64,000 nt of DNA, taken from Hydrolagus affinis (lineage: Eukaryota). Shown piece after piece: positions 1-14,110 of this stretch; position 1 is the stretch's first letter, and every line of letters begins with the position of its first letter. The notes under the pieces are model-generated. The model did not search any database. It was not told the DNA's origin and worked only from the letters and a program-made list of their open reading frames with translations. The stretch covers positions 124,001 through 188,000 of the forward strand of contig JAAILG010000024.1 in NCBI GenBank assembly GCA_012026655.1. The letters run 5' to 3'. Made by a program: the position numbers and the translations under genes.

Positions 1-1919
1 TCAACCCAGTTGATCTGGGAGGTATATGGTGTGTTATTTCTGTTGCTAATTTTTCACTTCTCCACTGAGCAACATGTAATTCCTGGAGATGCATGTCAGC
101 CAGACTCATGAATGCGACAGATATCCAACCACCCACATCACTTGCTTTAAAGTAAACAGCTCACAAGCTAAAAGTGGCTGCAATGGTTCATATCGTCACA
201 GTGAAAAAAGGATCAGCAACTCCTATACTGTGCACACTCCAGTTCCAATTCGTATCAAATGCTTGGAGTTGCTGAGCTGAGGGATTAAAAGCATTAGACT
301 GGTTCTGGTGAGTAATAAACTCAGAAGCAGAGATTCCACCATAGATTTATGTTCAAAATTAGACATTGGCATCTGTGGCTGCTTCAGGGATTATAGAGTA
401 TCTCTTGTGAGATAACATCACAGTGAGGTATAATTCAGTCTCTCCAGCTATCACTGTGGTGTTTGTTATCTGATGGCCTATCCTGATACTATGAGACTGA
501 AGATTATTCCAAAACTAAATGGATGAGTGAGTTTGGGGATGGGGGAGGTATTACACGGCAAGGGATTGGATAAATGTGTGTTACTGATTTTTGTGGCACA
601 GCTGAACAGTACCAATCTTTACAAAGAGGATGTTGCATGTTGAAATTGACTGCCAGAACCTGTGGTTGAAACAAAAGGGCATCAATGTACTTCAGAGGAA
701 ACAATGCACACAGGAAAGAGAAGCGAATGGATGAGTAGCACCTACCACACGAAGACATTTTTTTCTGATCTAATATAAACCTGTTCATTGTCTTTCTTCT
801 TATGACAGATTAACTCACTCTGAAGTTCAATGATTGAGATGTTCTTTTCAACGATTGACTGCAGTCCTGACAGACTGGAGCTCAGAATCTAAAGTCTAAC
901 CCAAAATCACGAGTGGCATTTTAAAGGGTAAACCGCATTCTAGCGAGGGTTAATTGACAGATTAGAAATTACAATTGGGAGAAGTGCACATGGATTAATA
1001 TCTTAAGGCTATGAATCTTTCATCACTGGGGTCTAGTGGTCTGAAATTTCAGTTCATCTCATTGATTTATAGCCTGCAACAGGCCGATTCCAATGGGGGA
1101 AACTCTGGAATATAAGAAATCTGACAACTTACTTTTCTTTTGTCACCTCATTCTTTTCAGGATCATATTGTCTGAAACTGTCCTTGCTTCAACAGTCTGT
1201 CCTTGATCCCTTTTGCAAAAATGTGTTGTATGTTAATAGAAAAATGTACTCTAAGACTTTCTTCCGAGTTGAATTTGTGTAGTGGCGGGGAAGGGAGTTG
1301 TATTTAAGTTTTAAGACAATGGAGACTTTGGCAATGATCTCATATTGTCAGGTGGTTGAATGACCTTCCATCAGTACCCTGATTTCTTTTGGAACAGAGT
1401 GATAATAACAGCAATCTGGGCTGCAAATGTAAAAGAGTTTTTATTAATCGATTCATTTCGCACAAGTACAGCACCTAAAATCAATATCGGCCAAAATGTA
1501 TTGACTGAACAAACATTTTCTGCCACTTAAAAACAGAGAATTTCTCTATCCAGTTGATTCGAGTTTTTTTATACAATCTCAATGGAAATATATTGTAAAA
1601 CACAAAATGTTGGATACACATAGAAACTAAAACCAATGCTACAATGTAATTGCTATGAACCTATGAATTATCTTATTATATACAATAGAATAACATCTAA
1701 TTTTCCTTCTTGTTCTGTTTATTTTTGCTGGGTTTAACAAACAAAATATAATCAAAAATGGTCATGACTGCTTTTGTAGCAAAGTCATTTTATTGAGTTT
1801 CTCTTACATGATTAACAAATTCATTGGATTTTTGCATTATTTAGTTTCACTTGTCCAAGTAAGACTAAATAATTGTGATTATTTAAGAACACAAAATGTA
1901 CTTTCGAGCCCCTCAAATC

Positions 1920-2180
1920 ACCGAGGTAAACCTCTATTTAGGAAGGGGTTGCGTTCCTGAAAAACGGTTCTCAGATCGAAACGTCCTAAATCGAAACGCG
2001 GTTTCCCATGCGGTCCCATTATATAATCTGAGATGCATTCTTTTCACAAAGTTTTCGGACCTTAAATCCACTAAATAAGACATAAAACACACAAAATAAC
2101 TCACAAAATAACTCACATAGGCAAGAAGGGTAACTTGGGGTAACTGTACAGTATCGTACTTTAATACTGGCAAACTTTAA
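1920..2180. mobile_element. Possible non-autonomous DNA transposon fragment (Tc1/mariner, pogo/Tigger-like)
   Basis: CpG-rich relative to its flanks. Begins AGGTAAACCTC...GGGGTTGCGTTCCTGAAAA, reminiscent of Tigger-type terminal regions. No matching second TIR found. Confidence 0.3.
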
Positions 2181-2282
2181 TACAGTCCTATGTTTTCATA
2201 ATCTGCTTGCACCTGTAGCTGTAACGCACCTTGAACTTGCCAGTATATTGTCCTTATTCCGTTTTATCGTCGATCTAGCTTC

Positions 2283-2550
2283 AAGACATTTGAGATGTCT
2301 TGAAGCTGTGAAAAGGCTCTATATCAAATGCAAGGATTATGATTATTATGATTATTATAACCTTCCTTAGTCACAAACTCCATCTCAAACATAAATAAAA
2401 TACAATAATAATTTGGTCATTTCAACCCACGACTGTTTATGGGACACTGCTGTGCGCAATTGGCTGCCACGTTTTGCCCACAAATATACAATCAATTCAC
2501 TTTACAGTATATTCTGTGAGCTTTATATAAAATGCAAGTATTACTACTAT
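2283..2550 (+). mobile_element. Two tandem 5'-truncated fragments of the young tRNA-derived SINE
   Basis: Tail ...TATATCAAATGCAAGGATTATGATT (2283-2358), then body TTGGTCATTTCAACCCACGACTGTTTATGGGACACTGCTGTGCGCAATTGGCTGCC... matching the full-length copies in the window. Confidence 0.85.
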
Positions 2551-4638
2551 GTGGTCTACAGCTGGTGATATTGCTGCCAACCAAAATTATAAATGACCTC
2601 TAATTTGGCTTTAGACAAACAGCTAATCCTCATTATCTTCTCTTAAATTACAATCTTTTGAAGATATATTTTCTTATTAAAAAAAAGGAGATTACACATT
2701 CCAGAATTGGAAGTACTTTCATCTTAAACCCGTTCTTTTTACTGTAAAATTTTGTATAAATCCAGTAATTGTAAGCATACTATAATTCCAGGTTTTGTTT
2801 CAATTATTATTCATGAGAAGTAAAATTCTGCCCTATTTTGCTCCCAAACTGCATCCATCGTGAAGGCCATATTATAAATCCAAGTTATTATTGATTTTTT
2901 TAATATATGTTAGAACATCACAGGGGAAATCCCGATGATCATTAAGTGTTTTCGGTACCAACATTTAACTGTATTTTTTTATACTGCAGCTCGCTTTTAA
3001 TTTCAATGTGAAGAGGCACACTGTGATGTTCAAATTGAGCAATAATCTACTTGCGAGTGAATTCTCATGTTAATATGAGATGGTTGAATGGCTGAAAAAT
3101 TAGTTGTTTCAATTAATTCTTAATGTAGCTGTACCCAGCCTTTCAAAGTCATGGGAATTTGTTGATTATAAAGATAGAACATGTTAGAATATCAGCACAA
3201 ATAAATTAATGTTTACATAGTGTTTTGCGCCTTCAAAAATCTGCAGTTCTGTTTAAATTTCTTTTCAGGACCAAACTATATGTTGTTTATTGTTAATATT
3301 TTTTTTGTATAAACCAAACACTCATCTCCAATACCCTGAAGCAATACTCTATAACAATAACTATTGACATGACATGGCCAAAGAGAAATCAAGCTGTACA
3401 TCATAATTTCAACTATAAGTAATATTTTGAGATTCCAGCAGAGTAATACAGTGACAGTAAAGATCAATATTTGATGTTTTCGTCTCCTGTTTGGCAACCT
3501 CTGCCATTTCCCCTGGCGAGCAGCCCAGACAATCAAGTATTGCACGGTGACACTTTAAAGTATTGAAAAATTGGGTTTATGTGCTGCCATTGAAAACTAT
3601 TCTGGCATTGCATTTGCTGATATTAAAAAAAAGTTTTGTACCAATGTACATAAACACAATGAGAACAAACATTTGTTTTTAAAATCACGTTATAGAGCCA
3701 TCACTTAACAATTGGCAATTATTGTTCAAAGAAGAAATTTAATTGCAAACAACACTTTTTCAAGTCATTCTCTTTCAAAACAGTATATCTGGAGAACAGC
3801 CAATCTGCAGTTGCCCATAGAAGGCAAAGACAAGCTGTTGTATAGATTTATTTTTATTCTGAATTACGCAATACATTCAGCTCTCCATTATACTAAATTA
3901 CAGCATTGTTGTTGGCTACAACAATTAGACATTCTGGCAGATTGTATTTGCTGGAAGTTTGGCAGTAATGTGAAATTACTTTGAGGTACTTTGAAAATGC
4001 ATTTCAAAACTACCGTGAAAAGTTGAGAAATAAGGATTAGCATTCAAATGAAATCATTATTCAGTTAAAGGTAAGTTGCATTTTTTGGGGGATGATCTAC
4101 ATTTGAACAAGAAATATAAAAACACCTGTTTTGCGCACAGCAAAGCCAAGGTGTGACTGGATGATCTCCTTCACACCACAGACTGTTCCATGGGCTGAAA
4201 GTGAGTTGTTTGCAGAACACCTCAAGGGAATTGTTTGCAATTGCCATAGAGAGATGGATTTATTGGCCACATGTAAACCATCAATAAATTGGAAATGTAC
4301 CATCACCAAACATGTCCACCAGTGTTGTTCACCTTTGACCAGTGAAACATATATTTGACTGGCCCACGTCTCGGCAGCATACTATTTGAGAGTTCATGAT
4401 CATTACCTCAAACTTAAAATAGAGAAATATAAAACGTAGCAGCAAACAGAGCAACCATGTGATCATCGGCACAAATAGTTGGAAAGAGACAGAAGCACAA
4501 ACAAGAACTGAAAAAGGACACAGCTGGAGAGAAGCCATGACAAACTGGAAGAGCAACCCATAAATGTCTTGTTTATTAGAAAAAAAACAGGTGGGCGGAA
4601 AGAAAAATAATACAAATAAATAGAATGTGCTCTTACTA

Positions 4639-4698
4639 CAGTGGTTTCCAAACTGTGAAGGAGGGGGGGCGCCGCTATTCAAAGTTTGGTAGCCACTG
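4639..4698. mobile_element. Miniature hAT (Charlie-type) inverted-repeat element
   Basis: CAGTGGTTTCCAAACT ... AGTTTGGTAGCCACTG form 16-bp TIRs (14/16 match) resembling the hAT-Charlie CAGTGGTTCCCAAAC end. No clear 8-bp TSD. Confidence 0.55.
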
Positions 4699-5592
4699 CC
4701 GGAGCTTGCTTTATTTTGAAGTTTTTTTTTATAGGCCGCAGTTGCTTTTGGCTCTTGGTGTGTGGGGTAGATAGCTTGAAGTTGTGTTGGGATTGTTGAT
4801 AAAGTGCATTAGGATAATGGCAGCTGCAGAAATGGTAGGTTCTCAAGTCAGACCATTTCTGGGTTGCTCTTCTCCATTGTACAGCCTTGAGCTTCCAGTT
4901 AATCCTCTTATCCCTTCTTGTCTGCTTTTGTAACATTTCCAAAACTCTTATTTGCAGTCCCTTATTTTGCCTCTTCTCAGTGCCATTTGCACCCCCCTCC
5001 GGACATTATTTAACTTGAATTTGTAGTTTAGGTGTCTCTTTTTCCCCCATTTCACGTTTTTTCTTAATAAAAAAATAAAACCTGCAGATTCTTTGTTTGC
5101 ATCAGATTTTTCTAAATGACATTTTCCCAAAACACCAGTGTAATCATTAATCCACCGGGAAAGTGTTTTTCAAACATCATTTATTTTTTTACCAAGCCAC
5201 AATGAATGCGCCTCGGTTTATATAAAGCTGTAAATATGCAAATTGCTTTACTGATATGTTTATCTTCCAGTACTTTTATACATCTGCGGTTCATGTGCAA
5301 AAATAGAGCTCAAAAGAAGGGAAGCTAAAATCTTTATGATGAAGATTGCTCGCTGACCTATTTTCTGAGATGTAAAAATATTTTAAGTACTTTCATTCTT
5401 TTGTGTATGAATCTACCTTCCGATGTGCCTTTTGTATCACAAAATCCCTTCCTGATCTCATTGTGCATCCTTTGTCCCGCAAATTCCTCAATGAGTCAGA
5501 CCATTAAACATTTCTGGTGATACTCAGAGTCCAATCTACATTGCCAACCAAATATCATCATGTAGTACACCTTCATGATTCCTGGTATGTAG

Positions 5593-5911
5593 GTAGCTCA
5601 GTGATTAGAGCACTCGCCTTACAAGCGTGAGACTTGTGTTTGAATCTAGGCAGATTATGGTGAAAACTTGAGCAAGTTTCCTTACTCCAAACACCTACTA
5701 AAAATCCTTCCAAAAAAACCCCACAATAATAAAATTGGTCATTTCAATCCACGACTGTTTGTGGGACACTGCTATGTGCAATTGGCTGCCGCTTATCACC
5801 CACAAATATACACTCAATTCATTTTACAGTATATTCTGTGAAGCACTTTGAGACATTGATAAGATGTGAAAAGCACTATATCAAAATACAAGGATTATTA
5901 TTATTATCATT
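5593..5911 (+). mobile_element. tRNA-derived SINE, near full length (subfamily B)
   Basis: A-box GTAGCTCAGTGATTAGAGC, B-box GTTTGAATC, shared body, L2-like tail ending in (ATT)n. Confidence 0.92.
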
Positions 5912-6965
5912 CATCCAAACTCTAATTCCAAATACAATTATCTCCCCAGCCTTTTCTTGACACTGTCCATGTTAAAACTATTGAAGGGGAACCCACATTC
6001 TATCTCCAACCATTGTCAACTTGTACAAAGTTCAGGATTAAATCAATCAGTTTCCTTAGAGAAGCAGTTCCTTTCACAGGGACTCAAGGTTCTGTTAGAT
6101 CCATTCCAGTTACTAACTTGTTCTCAGATGTATAATCTGAATGGCAAACTTTACAACACCCCTTTCATACAAAAATAGTGCTGATTCCTGTGGACGTAAC
6201 TTTGGAAAGGGAATTTGACTTTACTTACTCTGCAAAAGTTTGATTTTAATATAAATAGTCATCACTGAAGCACTTTGCCTCACTTTGAAGCAAAGCAGAA
6301 AATATTTTGTGGAGGCCTTATATTGACTGATGTAGTGCATGCTGTGGCTATTCAGTAAAAGTTTCTCAAATCCAATTTACAATTTAATATTTCATTAGTT
6401 TGACTCATTGAATAATTTGGCAGTTTCGAATCAAACGGGATCCAAAGTCTGCTGTAGCACAAGGGGAAGCCAAATGCTTTACAACAGGAAAAAGTCAATT
6501 AGAACAATTGACACTTGCTCTCCATTTGTTCTTCTGTAGCTGATTGCATACCCTGGCACCTGAAGTTGAAGCCTGAAGGTCCAAGAGCTGCAGTTCAGAA
6601 TTCCTTAAAGCACTTGGAATTAGATAAACGTAAGGAATAAGTGGCAGTAAAAAGGGAGGAAAGAAACAGCACTAAAGGTTGACGAGATAAGGGATGACCT
6701 GCAGAATGCAACAAAAGAAAAGGAATGAAGTGAGAGCAGTCACTGGAAAGGAATGCATGACTTTTTGGTAGTGAGGTGGTCTATTTTGTTGAAGCTCAAT
6801 AACCAACAATTGTTGTTGACCTTTGTCCAACGTGACCTTGACTTAAACATTGTCACGTAGGTCGTTTCGTCCCCAAACTGAAAGTCACAGATTAAGGACA
6901 GAGAAGATCTGCTAAGGTTTCTTTGTAAAGAGACTGTTGAAGTCTTCTGGTTGTTTGGGCGATAT

Positions 6966-7026
6966 CAGCGCCTTGGGATATCCTCCATCGTGAAAGGCGC
7001 TCTATAAATGTAATTTTGTTGTTGTT
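6966..7026 (+). mobile_element. L2 LINE extreme 3' tail, followed by an old DeuSINE remnant (to ~7142)
   Basis: CAGCGCCTTGGGATATCCTCCATCGTGAAAGGCGCTCTATAAATGTAATTTTGTTGTTG matches the tail of the ORF2-bearing L2 copy at 23.4-23.9 kb. Downstream GCAAATTGGCTGCTAC is SINE body. Confidence 0.85.
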
Positions 7027-7714
7027 ATTTGTGGAAGAATGATTTAAGCAAATTGGCTGCTACACTTGCCTTGATTTGCTCTCAACAGTAATTATTGTGA
7101 AGCCCTTCAATGTGACATCAAATTTGAGGATTATTACTATTAAACAGCCATTGTCTACATGGAATATTTGCTTGGCACATGTTTTCATTGCTCGCAGACA
7201 AAACTACATGGAAATTCTGTGTTAATATACACCACAAATTGTGTTTGACAAGTAGAGCCAGCAACAATTAACACTGCCTCTCATTGTTATGCAGGCCCAA
7301 GATTTCTGAAAATTTCCAACAATATCTTGCCACCTATTGTTTCAGCTTTTTTTGAATTTACATTAACTCACAACTGTGATGTTTGATACAAGGTGATGAA
7401 ATTTATCAGAATAGGCAATTTTAAATCTTTTGTCACCTAACCCAATAAAAACAATACACTCAGTTGTATTGGGTAATGTATATACTTATTTTTACAGAAC
7501 AAAGCACCCATGAACCATGTAAAGTCTATTTTTTTCATTATTAAAAAAAACATTGTTTTTGAGAGAACAATTTTTTACTCTCTCTCTAACAGTTCCATTG
7601 AAGCTTGTGTTTATACAAATCTTGGCAATGAGCCTTTTTATTTCTGAATTGCAATGACAAAGGATTGACGTTATATAAAGGTCTTTTTTCCATGGCGTTT
7701 CCTTTATAAATCTA

Positions 7715-7760
7715 ACTTGTTGGGCTGAATGGCCTGTTTCTGTAATGTGTAATTCTAAGT
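7715..7760 (+). mobile_element. CR1 LINE 3' UTR fragment
   Basis: TTGTTGGGCTGAATGGCCTGTTTCTGT...AATTCTA resembles the CR1 tail at 50585-50641. Confidence 0.6.
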
Positions 7761-8790
7761 ACCTCTACTGTATACCAAACTGTAAAAATGAGGCTACTGT
7801 CAAAGCTATGGTCACCAGTATTGTATATTTTGTAGCAAATCTTGCGCATCATCAAGTTGAACAACTGATAGAATACCAACTGCTACAATTTGAGTTTAAA
7901 GCAGGTATGTGTGTATATATACAGTATGTATATATATATAAAACAATGGATAATGGTGTGTGTCATGCTAGTGCAGAAACATGTTCACACTGATATCACG
8001 GACATTAGTTATGGCCTACCAAGGTAGCAGTCGTCATTATTTTTTTTGAGAAATAACACATCGCACATTATTCGATTAATTGAATGTTCCTTTGTACATA
8101 TGCTGTATGGCCAAGTAATTTGAATGGGTGACCAGCAGTATTGTTTGCTGCAATGAGTTACGTAAAACAGTTCTGTAGCTCTTGCTTCATCAGTTTTCAA
8201 GTCCAGCAATGAAGTACAAATGCCTAAAGCCTTTCCAGGTCGGTATTGTACTTACAAATTACATTTGGAGTTTTATTTTGTACAACAAACAACATATTCA
8301 ATCAAACTGACATATATTTTTGTTAAATTGCAAATTTGATCAATGTTAGGCGCTCACATGCCTGGTATTTGTTCTCAATAATATTATAGAAGCTTTGTGC
8401 TCGAAATTACCATTTGCAACTTTTTTAAAAAAGAAAATGTTTTTTACACATGAAATCAACCTGTCAAAGCCTTGAAAGGATATATACACAGCAAGAAAGG
8501 AAAGTTTCAAATCAAGATAGCTAAAATTGTTCAAAATGTATTTAGGATGTTCCTTACGCATCTCGAGTCCATTCTAGCATTGACATGAGAAGAGTTCTTG
8601 CTCCTCAGACAGTTGTCAGAATTCAGTACTGTATTTTCAAATTTGGTGGTCGCTTTCTCAAGTCAAACGTAACGTATTCGTGAAGCAGATTTCAAAAAGG
8701 TACATGTAAAAGGCAAACAGTAAGTGCCTGACTTTTCCTCAATGCTGCATCATCCTCAGCTCAGTATACTCCTCAACTGTTGACCAGTGG

Positions 8791-9090
8791 ATTACACATT
8801 ACACAGAACTACACAGAATCTGGCCAAACTAGTCGGTGCCAGTGTGGTTTTTTCTCCACCCATCCTGTCCCCCCACTACAACACCCCAGCCTTCTAGCCT
8901 CTCCATAAACCTCTATTCCCTTCTCTCACATATATTAATTGAGGTTCCTCTTCAATTGATGCTTTCTGCATCATCCGCATCCAGAGGACGTCCTCCTGAC
9001 GTGAAAGGCACGATACAAATGTAATTTTGTTGTTGTTGTTGCTACATCAATCATGGCCATAAACAGCAAGTTCCAAGTGCTGATACTCTG
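8791..9090 (-). mobile_element. Old CR1 3' end (minus strand) interrupted by a plus-strand L2 tail (~8975-9042)
   Basis: Degenerate antisense CR1 3' end on both sides of GGACGTCCTCCTGACGTGAAAGGCACGATACAAATGTAATTTTGTTGTTG. Confidence 0.6.
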
Positions 9091-12000
9091 ACAGTGGTAT
9101 TTTCCATAATCAGTATGAACACATTGACTCTAAGCAAACAGTGCATTATTCACCCCCAGTACATCAGTATGTTTCTCTGTGCTGAGTCCTCTTCTGACAG
9201 GACAATGGTTCCCAAAATACTGGTCACCTTACAGTATCTTCCCTGAAGCTCTCATTATTTACTGATAGGTTACTAATACTTTTGGAATCTTATGCCGCTC
9301 AGAGGAAAATCACCAATTTATCCAGTGTTTTAGTCAATATCATTTACAACTTATTCTCTCTCTTTATTGGCCACTGATGGACCAAATCATCTTCCCAGTT
9401 TGCCTTTTGGCTGGAAATACATTGGACCGAGGTGGGAGACTGGACAGAATGATATGTAGACATGTTTGCTGTGAATAATATCAATATTTAATCGCAATCC
9501 ATAAACTTATCTTTTTCATGAAAATAGTAGATATATATATATAATCATGACTCTACGGCAAAATTTGTAAATTACTCACAGTAAATGCAACTGCTTGCTA
9601 TTTACTCAAAGCTATAATAGATCCAGAGAGTGAAGTGTGAATGACAGCTTTAAAATAAGGTTATATGTAGATTTGTCCTCCGTGCAGAGGTTAATGGTCA
9701 AATAAATCACTACTTTTTTTTGATAAAGCCACAGGATACAACACGTCTTAACACAGAACCAAGACAAGCAAAGCCCAGTGAATGCCATCTGGCTTAATCA
9801 GAAGTGAGAGATATAGCTCACCTTGGAGGCAACGCATTAGCTCCTTTTAACTTTGATCTCAGTTAGATCTTCTGCAGGGGCTATCTATTTGTGGGTAAAT
9901 TCAAGGGCAGCCGAACCTCCTTGTCCCTTTCTCCCAGTGTCACTTTTGTGATCTCAAGCCTGTTTTTGTCAAAATAGAAATAAAATATTAGATAATCATT
10001 GATTAACCTTTGCTGAAGTCGCTCATTTGTTGATTTGGGAAACTTGTTGGCGACAAAATAAGGAATCTATGAAAAGAGCAGATCCTATCATGTTAGGGGT
10101 AATATTTTGAATCCATAAATTAACTCCACAATAAGAATTAATAATAAGTGGGGAAGTGTTACAACAGGCTAAATTGGAGATGAAAGAGAAACCGTGGATA
10201 TTCTGATATGTTCGTACTGCAGAGAGAGGAACAATATTGCTCCTGGGAGCACAGTGAAATGGTTCCAAGAAAAGTTATTTATGCTTCCATCATTGTATCA
10301 CATCGTGGGCCATTAAATACTAACACAAATTTAGGAGTTCTGTGCATGCACAGATAACTTTTTGCTGAAGTTCTTAGAGATTCTGTGAGAGCAGTTTTGT
10401 TTCAATGACCCCCCCACCATCCCACCCAAAAAGCACAAACTGCTTAAGGTCCTTGGTCCATCTATCGGGCAGGCTGAGAAGTTTCAACAGTCCATGGGAG
10501 TACAAGGCAAGTTTAATTAGTCCCAAGTCACATGCATGCTGTGGTGGACTAAACCGCTTTGCTTCTGAAACTGCTTCCTCCAGGTGGGGTCAGGGGCAAG
10601 GCTGCTATGCAATTTGTGCTGGCTCAGCGTTTGGCTGCAATCCATTGTCGTTGGCATTGCTGGAGTTTAGTCGAAAGTTTCAGCAAAGTCTGAAGAGAAG
10701 CAAAATGGTCATGGCCTTTCATTTTAATGGATCGCATTGCAAACATTCTGCAACGAAACGAGGATGGGAAATAAATGCGGGTGGCCCTTCTTGTGCTTGT
10801 TCAACACCGAGCAATTGTTCACAATGGCCTTACAGTGTTAACGTGGCAAGGTCAGGCCATTAGAGTTTTTTCTTCAACATAACTACACCGATTGGGGAAA
10901 AAAACGTTTTATTAATGACACAAACATGTATGTGTGTGTGTGTGTATTACACATATATACATATAATATTGCTATTTTTTCCACCAAATAATCCAGCAAC
11001 AGCCACGAGAAATAAATGAAATTGTCAAGTCAGCTTTACTTTTAACGTTCCTTTCTCCTTCAATCGATAGTTGATTAACTTCAGAACTCACTGATTTCTG
11101 GCAGATTCATTTAATTAAACCAGTTTTTTTTCAGGCTTACATTTTTTGATTGCTTCATGGCTTTGTTTAAGAAAGCGTGGAGAATTTGGCCAAGAGATAA
11201 ACTCGGTGCATTTTTTTTAACATGTGTTCATTTCTTAGTTTGCAGATGTATTTCCTTTGAATTATTATTTTAAAGCAATAATTAGACCCTTATAGATAAG
11301 CACCTTGAAAACAAATCATTAGGCATCACAACAGCATTTGGAAGTTTACAAATGTACAGTACATTTATAGCATGACTTTGATTTTTAGTAGAGATTCAAC
11401 GGGACATTTCAGTAGATTTATGTGAATAGCTTTTTGTAGTTTGTAAATGTTACTGCGGTAAAGACAAAGACATGACATGATTGCAGGTGACTGACCTGCA
11501 GGGTTGGCTTGTACAAACAGCATTCAATTGTGTTATGGGAACAGATCACTGCAGCTAGCTAGCATTTAATGACAATGATATTGTGTTACAGATAACTAAA
11601 AACAAAGGGAAGTAAGTATAGACATTCAGACAGAATACCAAGTCAATTATACGGGTTACATACTTACTATGGGTATTAAGGATTTCACTACCAGATTATA
11701 AAATGCCCAGGAAATAAGAAATTGTGTATTTCATTGGCAAATATGAAAGCCTGTTTGTTAAAATCATGTATTCGAACTCTAATCCCGCTATAGAATGTGT
11801 TTCCTTGAAATCTATCAGCTAGCTGAATGGCTTCTTACATTTTACAGCTGTAAAATACCCTGTATGCCTAATGTTGCCTTGGAGGCTGCATTACAATGCA
11901 TCATATACATGAAAGTTCGGGTGCGATGGTTTCCCAGACATCCTTACTCAGCGTTTCTGTGCTTTTAATATCTCTTCATGAGGTCTCTGAGTTCTACAGT

Positions 12001-12715
12001 TGTAACTCACTATGTTTGTTATTTATGTTCTCTTCAGATTTTATAGTACACCATTGCAAAAAGTGTTTGAATGTCACAGGAGAGTGCAAGTGCTATTCCA
12101 AGAAAAAGTATTTCTGTGCAATTTTTAAACAAGAATGGACAGGTCTCACCCATGTAATACATTATCGCAAATACAGTAATTGCGTTCTACTTCCTTAAAT
12201 CTCTTTACGTTGTAAACTATTTCTCAGCTGAAAGAATGCATGAGAGCCCTAACCTTGACTTGTCTGAAGATATGTTTTGCTCTTGTTCTCCCTCAGGGTT
12301 AGCGCTTCATTCTCTGCTCAGTACTTTCTTAGATGGTCTGTCTAAGATCATCAATTCACCATATGGGGAATGGCAAGGGACATCCTGTATCATACTATTC
12401 TATGATACTTTGCACTACAAGCTGCATCCAAATTCCTGTCTCATCCATTTGTTGTCAAGTTAAGCAAAGGTGTAGTGTAGACATAATGTGCTGAATGCAG
12501 AAACCACATCTGGTTTTCTCTCTCCCTCTCTCTCTCTTTCATTCTATCACTGGGTACATGAAATGCTAACAGATAACCTTCACAACCCTCTATCGCTATG
12601 AACAGAGTCAACAACACAAAATGAGTTGATATCAATTTAATTTGCAGTTTATTAATTGTCATTTGTGTAGAATAACTGCTTTTGAATTTCATAGCAGCAA
12701 TTCTCCTTGTCACTT

Positions 12716-12960
12716 GAAATAACAATGACTTGCATCTATAATAGCACCCTTCACACAGGATAGAAACTTAGATTGCTGTACAGTGATGGCTCTAGACATC
12801 GCACATGGGGGAAGGGCAGATGATCATAGGCACGGTCAGAGATAGATTGGATTTAAAGATACGTAATAATGGGATGAGGCGGAGGGATGGAGGCAAGGAG
12901 TGTCAGAAGTTAAAGGGGTAGTGGTTGAAAGCACATGCTACCCTCAGTGGCACGGGCAGG
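12716..12960 (-). mobile_element. Old L2 LINE 3' end
   Basis: AACAATGACTTGCATCTATAATAGCACCCTTCAC is an antisense L2-type tail, followed by purine-rich degenerate antisense L2 sequence. Confidence 0.5.
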
Positions 12961-13319
12961 TGATGGGTGGTGGTGAGGGCGCGTCTGAGGGTCACACAGC
13001 AGGTCTGTGTTAGCTTATAACGGGGTCTGAACATATAAAAGTTTGACTTCAACACAGAGAAAACAATGCGATGGGGAGCAACAGATTTTGAAGACGGGGA
13101 CAATTTTCTGACAAAGTTGTTTTGCCATAACTCATCAAACTCTCCACGCGAGAGTTTATTATTCCATCCCATTTACTTTTCCATTTGAAAAATTAAATGA
13201 TATTAAATAGGTTGTGAGTACATTATTTGCTTTGATTGAAAATTCTGAAGACCCTTGAATTCAAATGCACAGCAAGCACAGATAAATTATTACAGTAAAC
13301 CTGGAAATGTACCACCAGG

Positions 13320-13400
13320 ATTATATAACACTAGACATTATAAAACACTAGATTATATAACACTAGACACTAGACACTGGTAACTAACACTAGTTACTAT
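13320..13400. repeat. Short minisatellite (TTATATAACACTAGA / CACTAGA units)
   Basis: Three near-identical TTATA(T/A)AACACTAGA units followed by CACTAGA repeats. Confidence 0.8.
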
Positions 13401-13597
13401 TTAACTATACGAAAAGATAGTGGAAAATCTATCACAGTTTGAGCATAAACAGATGAAAAAAGATTAGAAGTCATAGAGAGATATGGTATACATTAGCAGT
13501 TATTAGTCTGGTTAAGATTGGTGAAGATAGAACATTGCATGGAGAGGAGAGTATATGCAGAAGATTCACTTGAGTTTTACTCTACATGTATGCAATG

Positions 13598-13717
13598 CAA
13601 TTTTTGCTCGCAAAATACACGATCAATTCACTTTACAGTATATTCTGCAAAATACTGTGAGACATGTGAAAGATGTGATAAGGAGCTATATCAACTGCAA
13701 GGATTATTATTATTATT
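13598..13717 (+). mobile_element. Young SINE 3' fragment
   Basis: TCAATTCACTTTACAGTATATTCTG...GCAAGGATTATTATT. Confidence 0.85.
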
Positions 13718-13774
13718 GAGATGATAGTTAATCTGAGATTAATTGGGGAATAACCTAAAAAATGTCAAGCCAAG

Positions 13775-14110
13775 TTCTTGTCTATCTGTTCAGCAACACG
13801 TTAAATAATCTAAGGACCTATGTGAAAATACAAGGGAAGTTTTGCCAATTGTCCGAACCAACAAATCTTCCAGTTAAATTGGTCATTCAAAAACATGCCT
13901 ACAAAAACATACTCTTCAGTAAATCCAGTGAAGCACTTTAAGACATCTTGTAGTCATAAGACATGATATCAAATAGTAATAAGGATAATCATCATACCAG
14001 TAGTTGACATAGTGTCTTATCGTGTCATTAAGATGTCTTAAAGCGTTTCACAGAAAATATTGTAAGGTAGGAGAATGCACAGATGATTAAATGGCTATCG
14101 TATTCATGGA
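13775..14110. mobile_element. Tail-to-tail pair of degenerate SINE remnants (+ 13775-13990; - 13995-14110)
   Basis: GTGAAGCACTTTAAGACATCTT on + faces AAGATGTCTTAAAGCGTTTCACAG (antisense). Weak Deu-core similarity upstream. Confidence 0.55.

Noticed and set aside
5335-5370. C/D-box snoRNA-like ATGATGA...CTGA
   Set aside because: Only about 35 nt long with no terminal stem; too short.
10405-10863. Longest non-TE ORF (152 aa)
   Set aside because: No recognisable domain, no convincing splice or start context, and a length attainable by chance.
13320-13400. CRISPR-like repeat array
   Set aside because: Vertebrate context, no unique spacers and no cas genes. It is a simple minisatellite.
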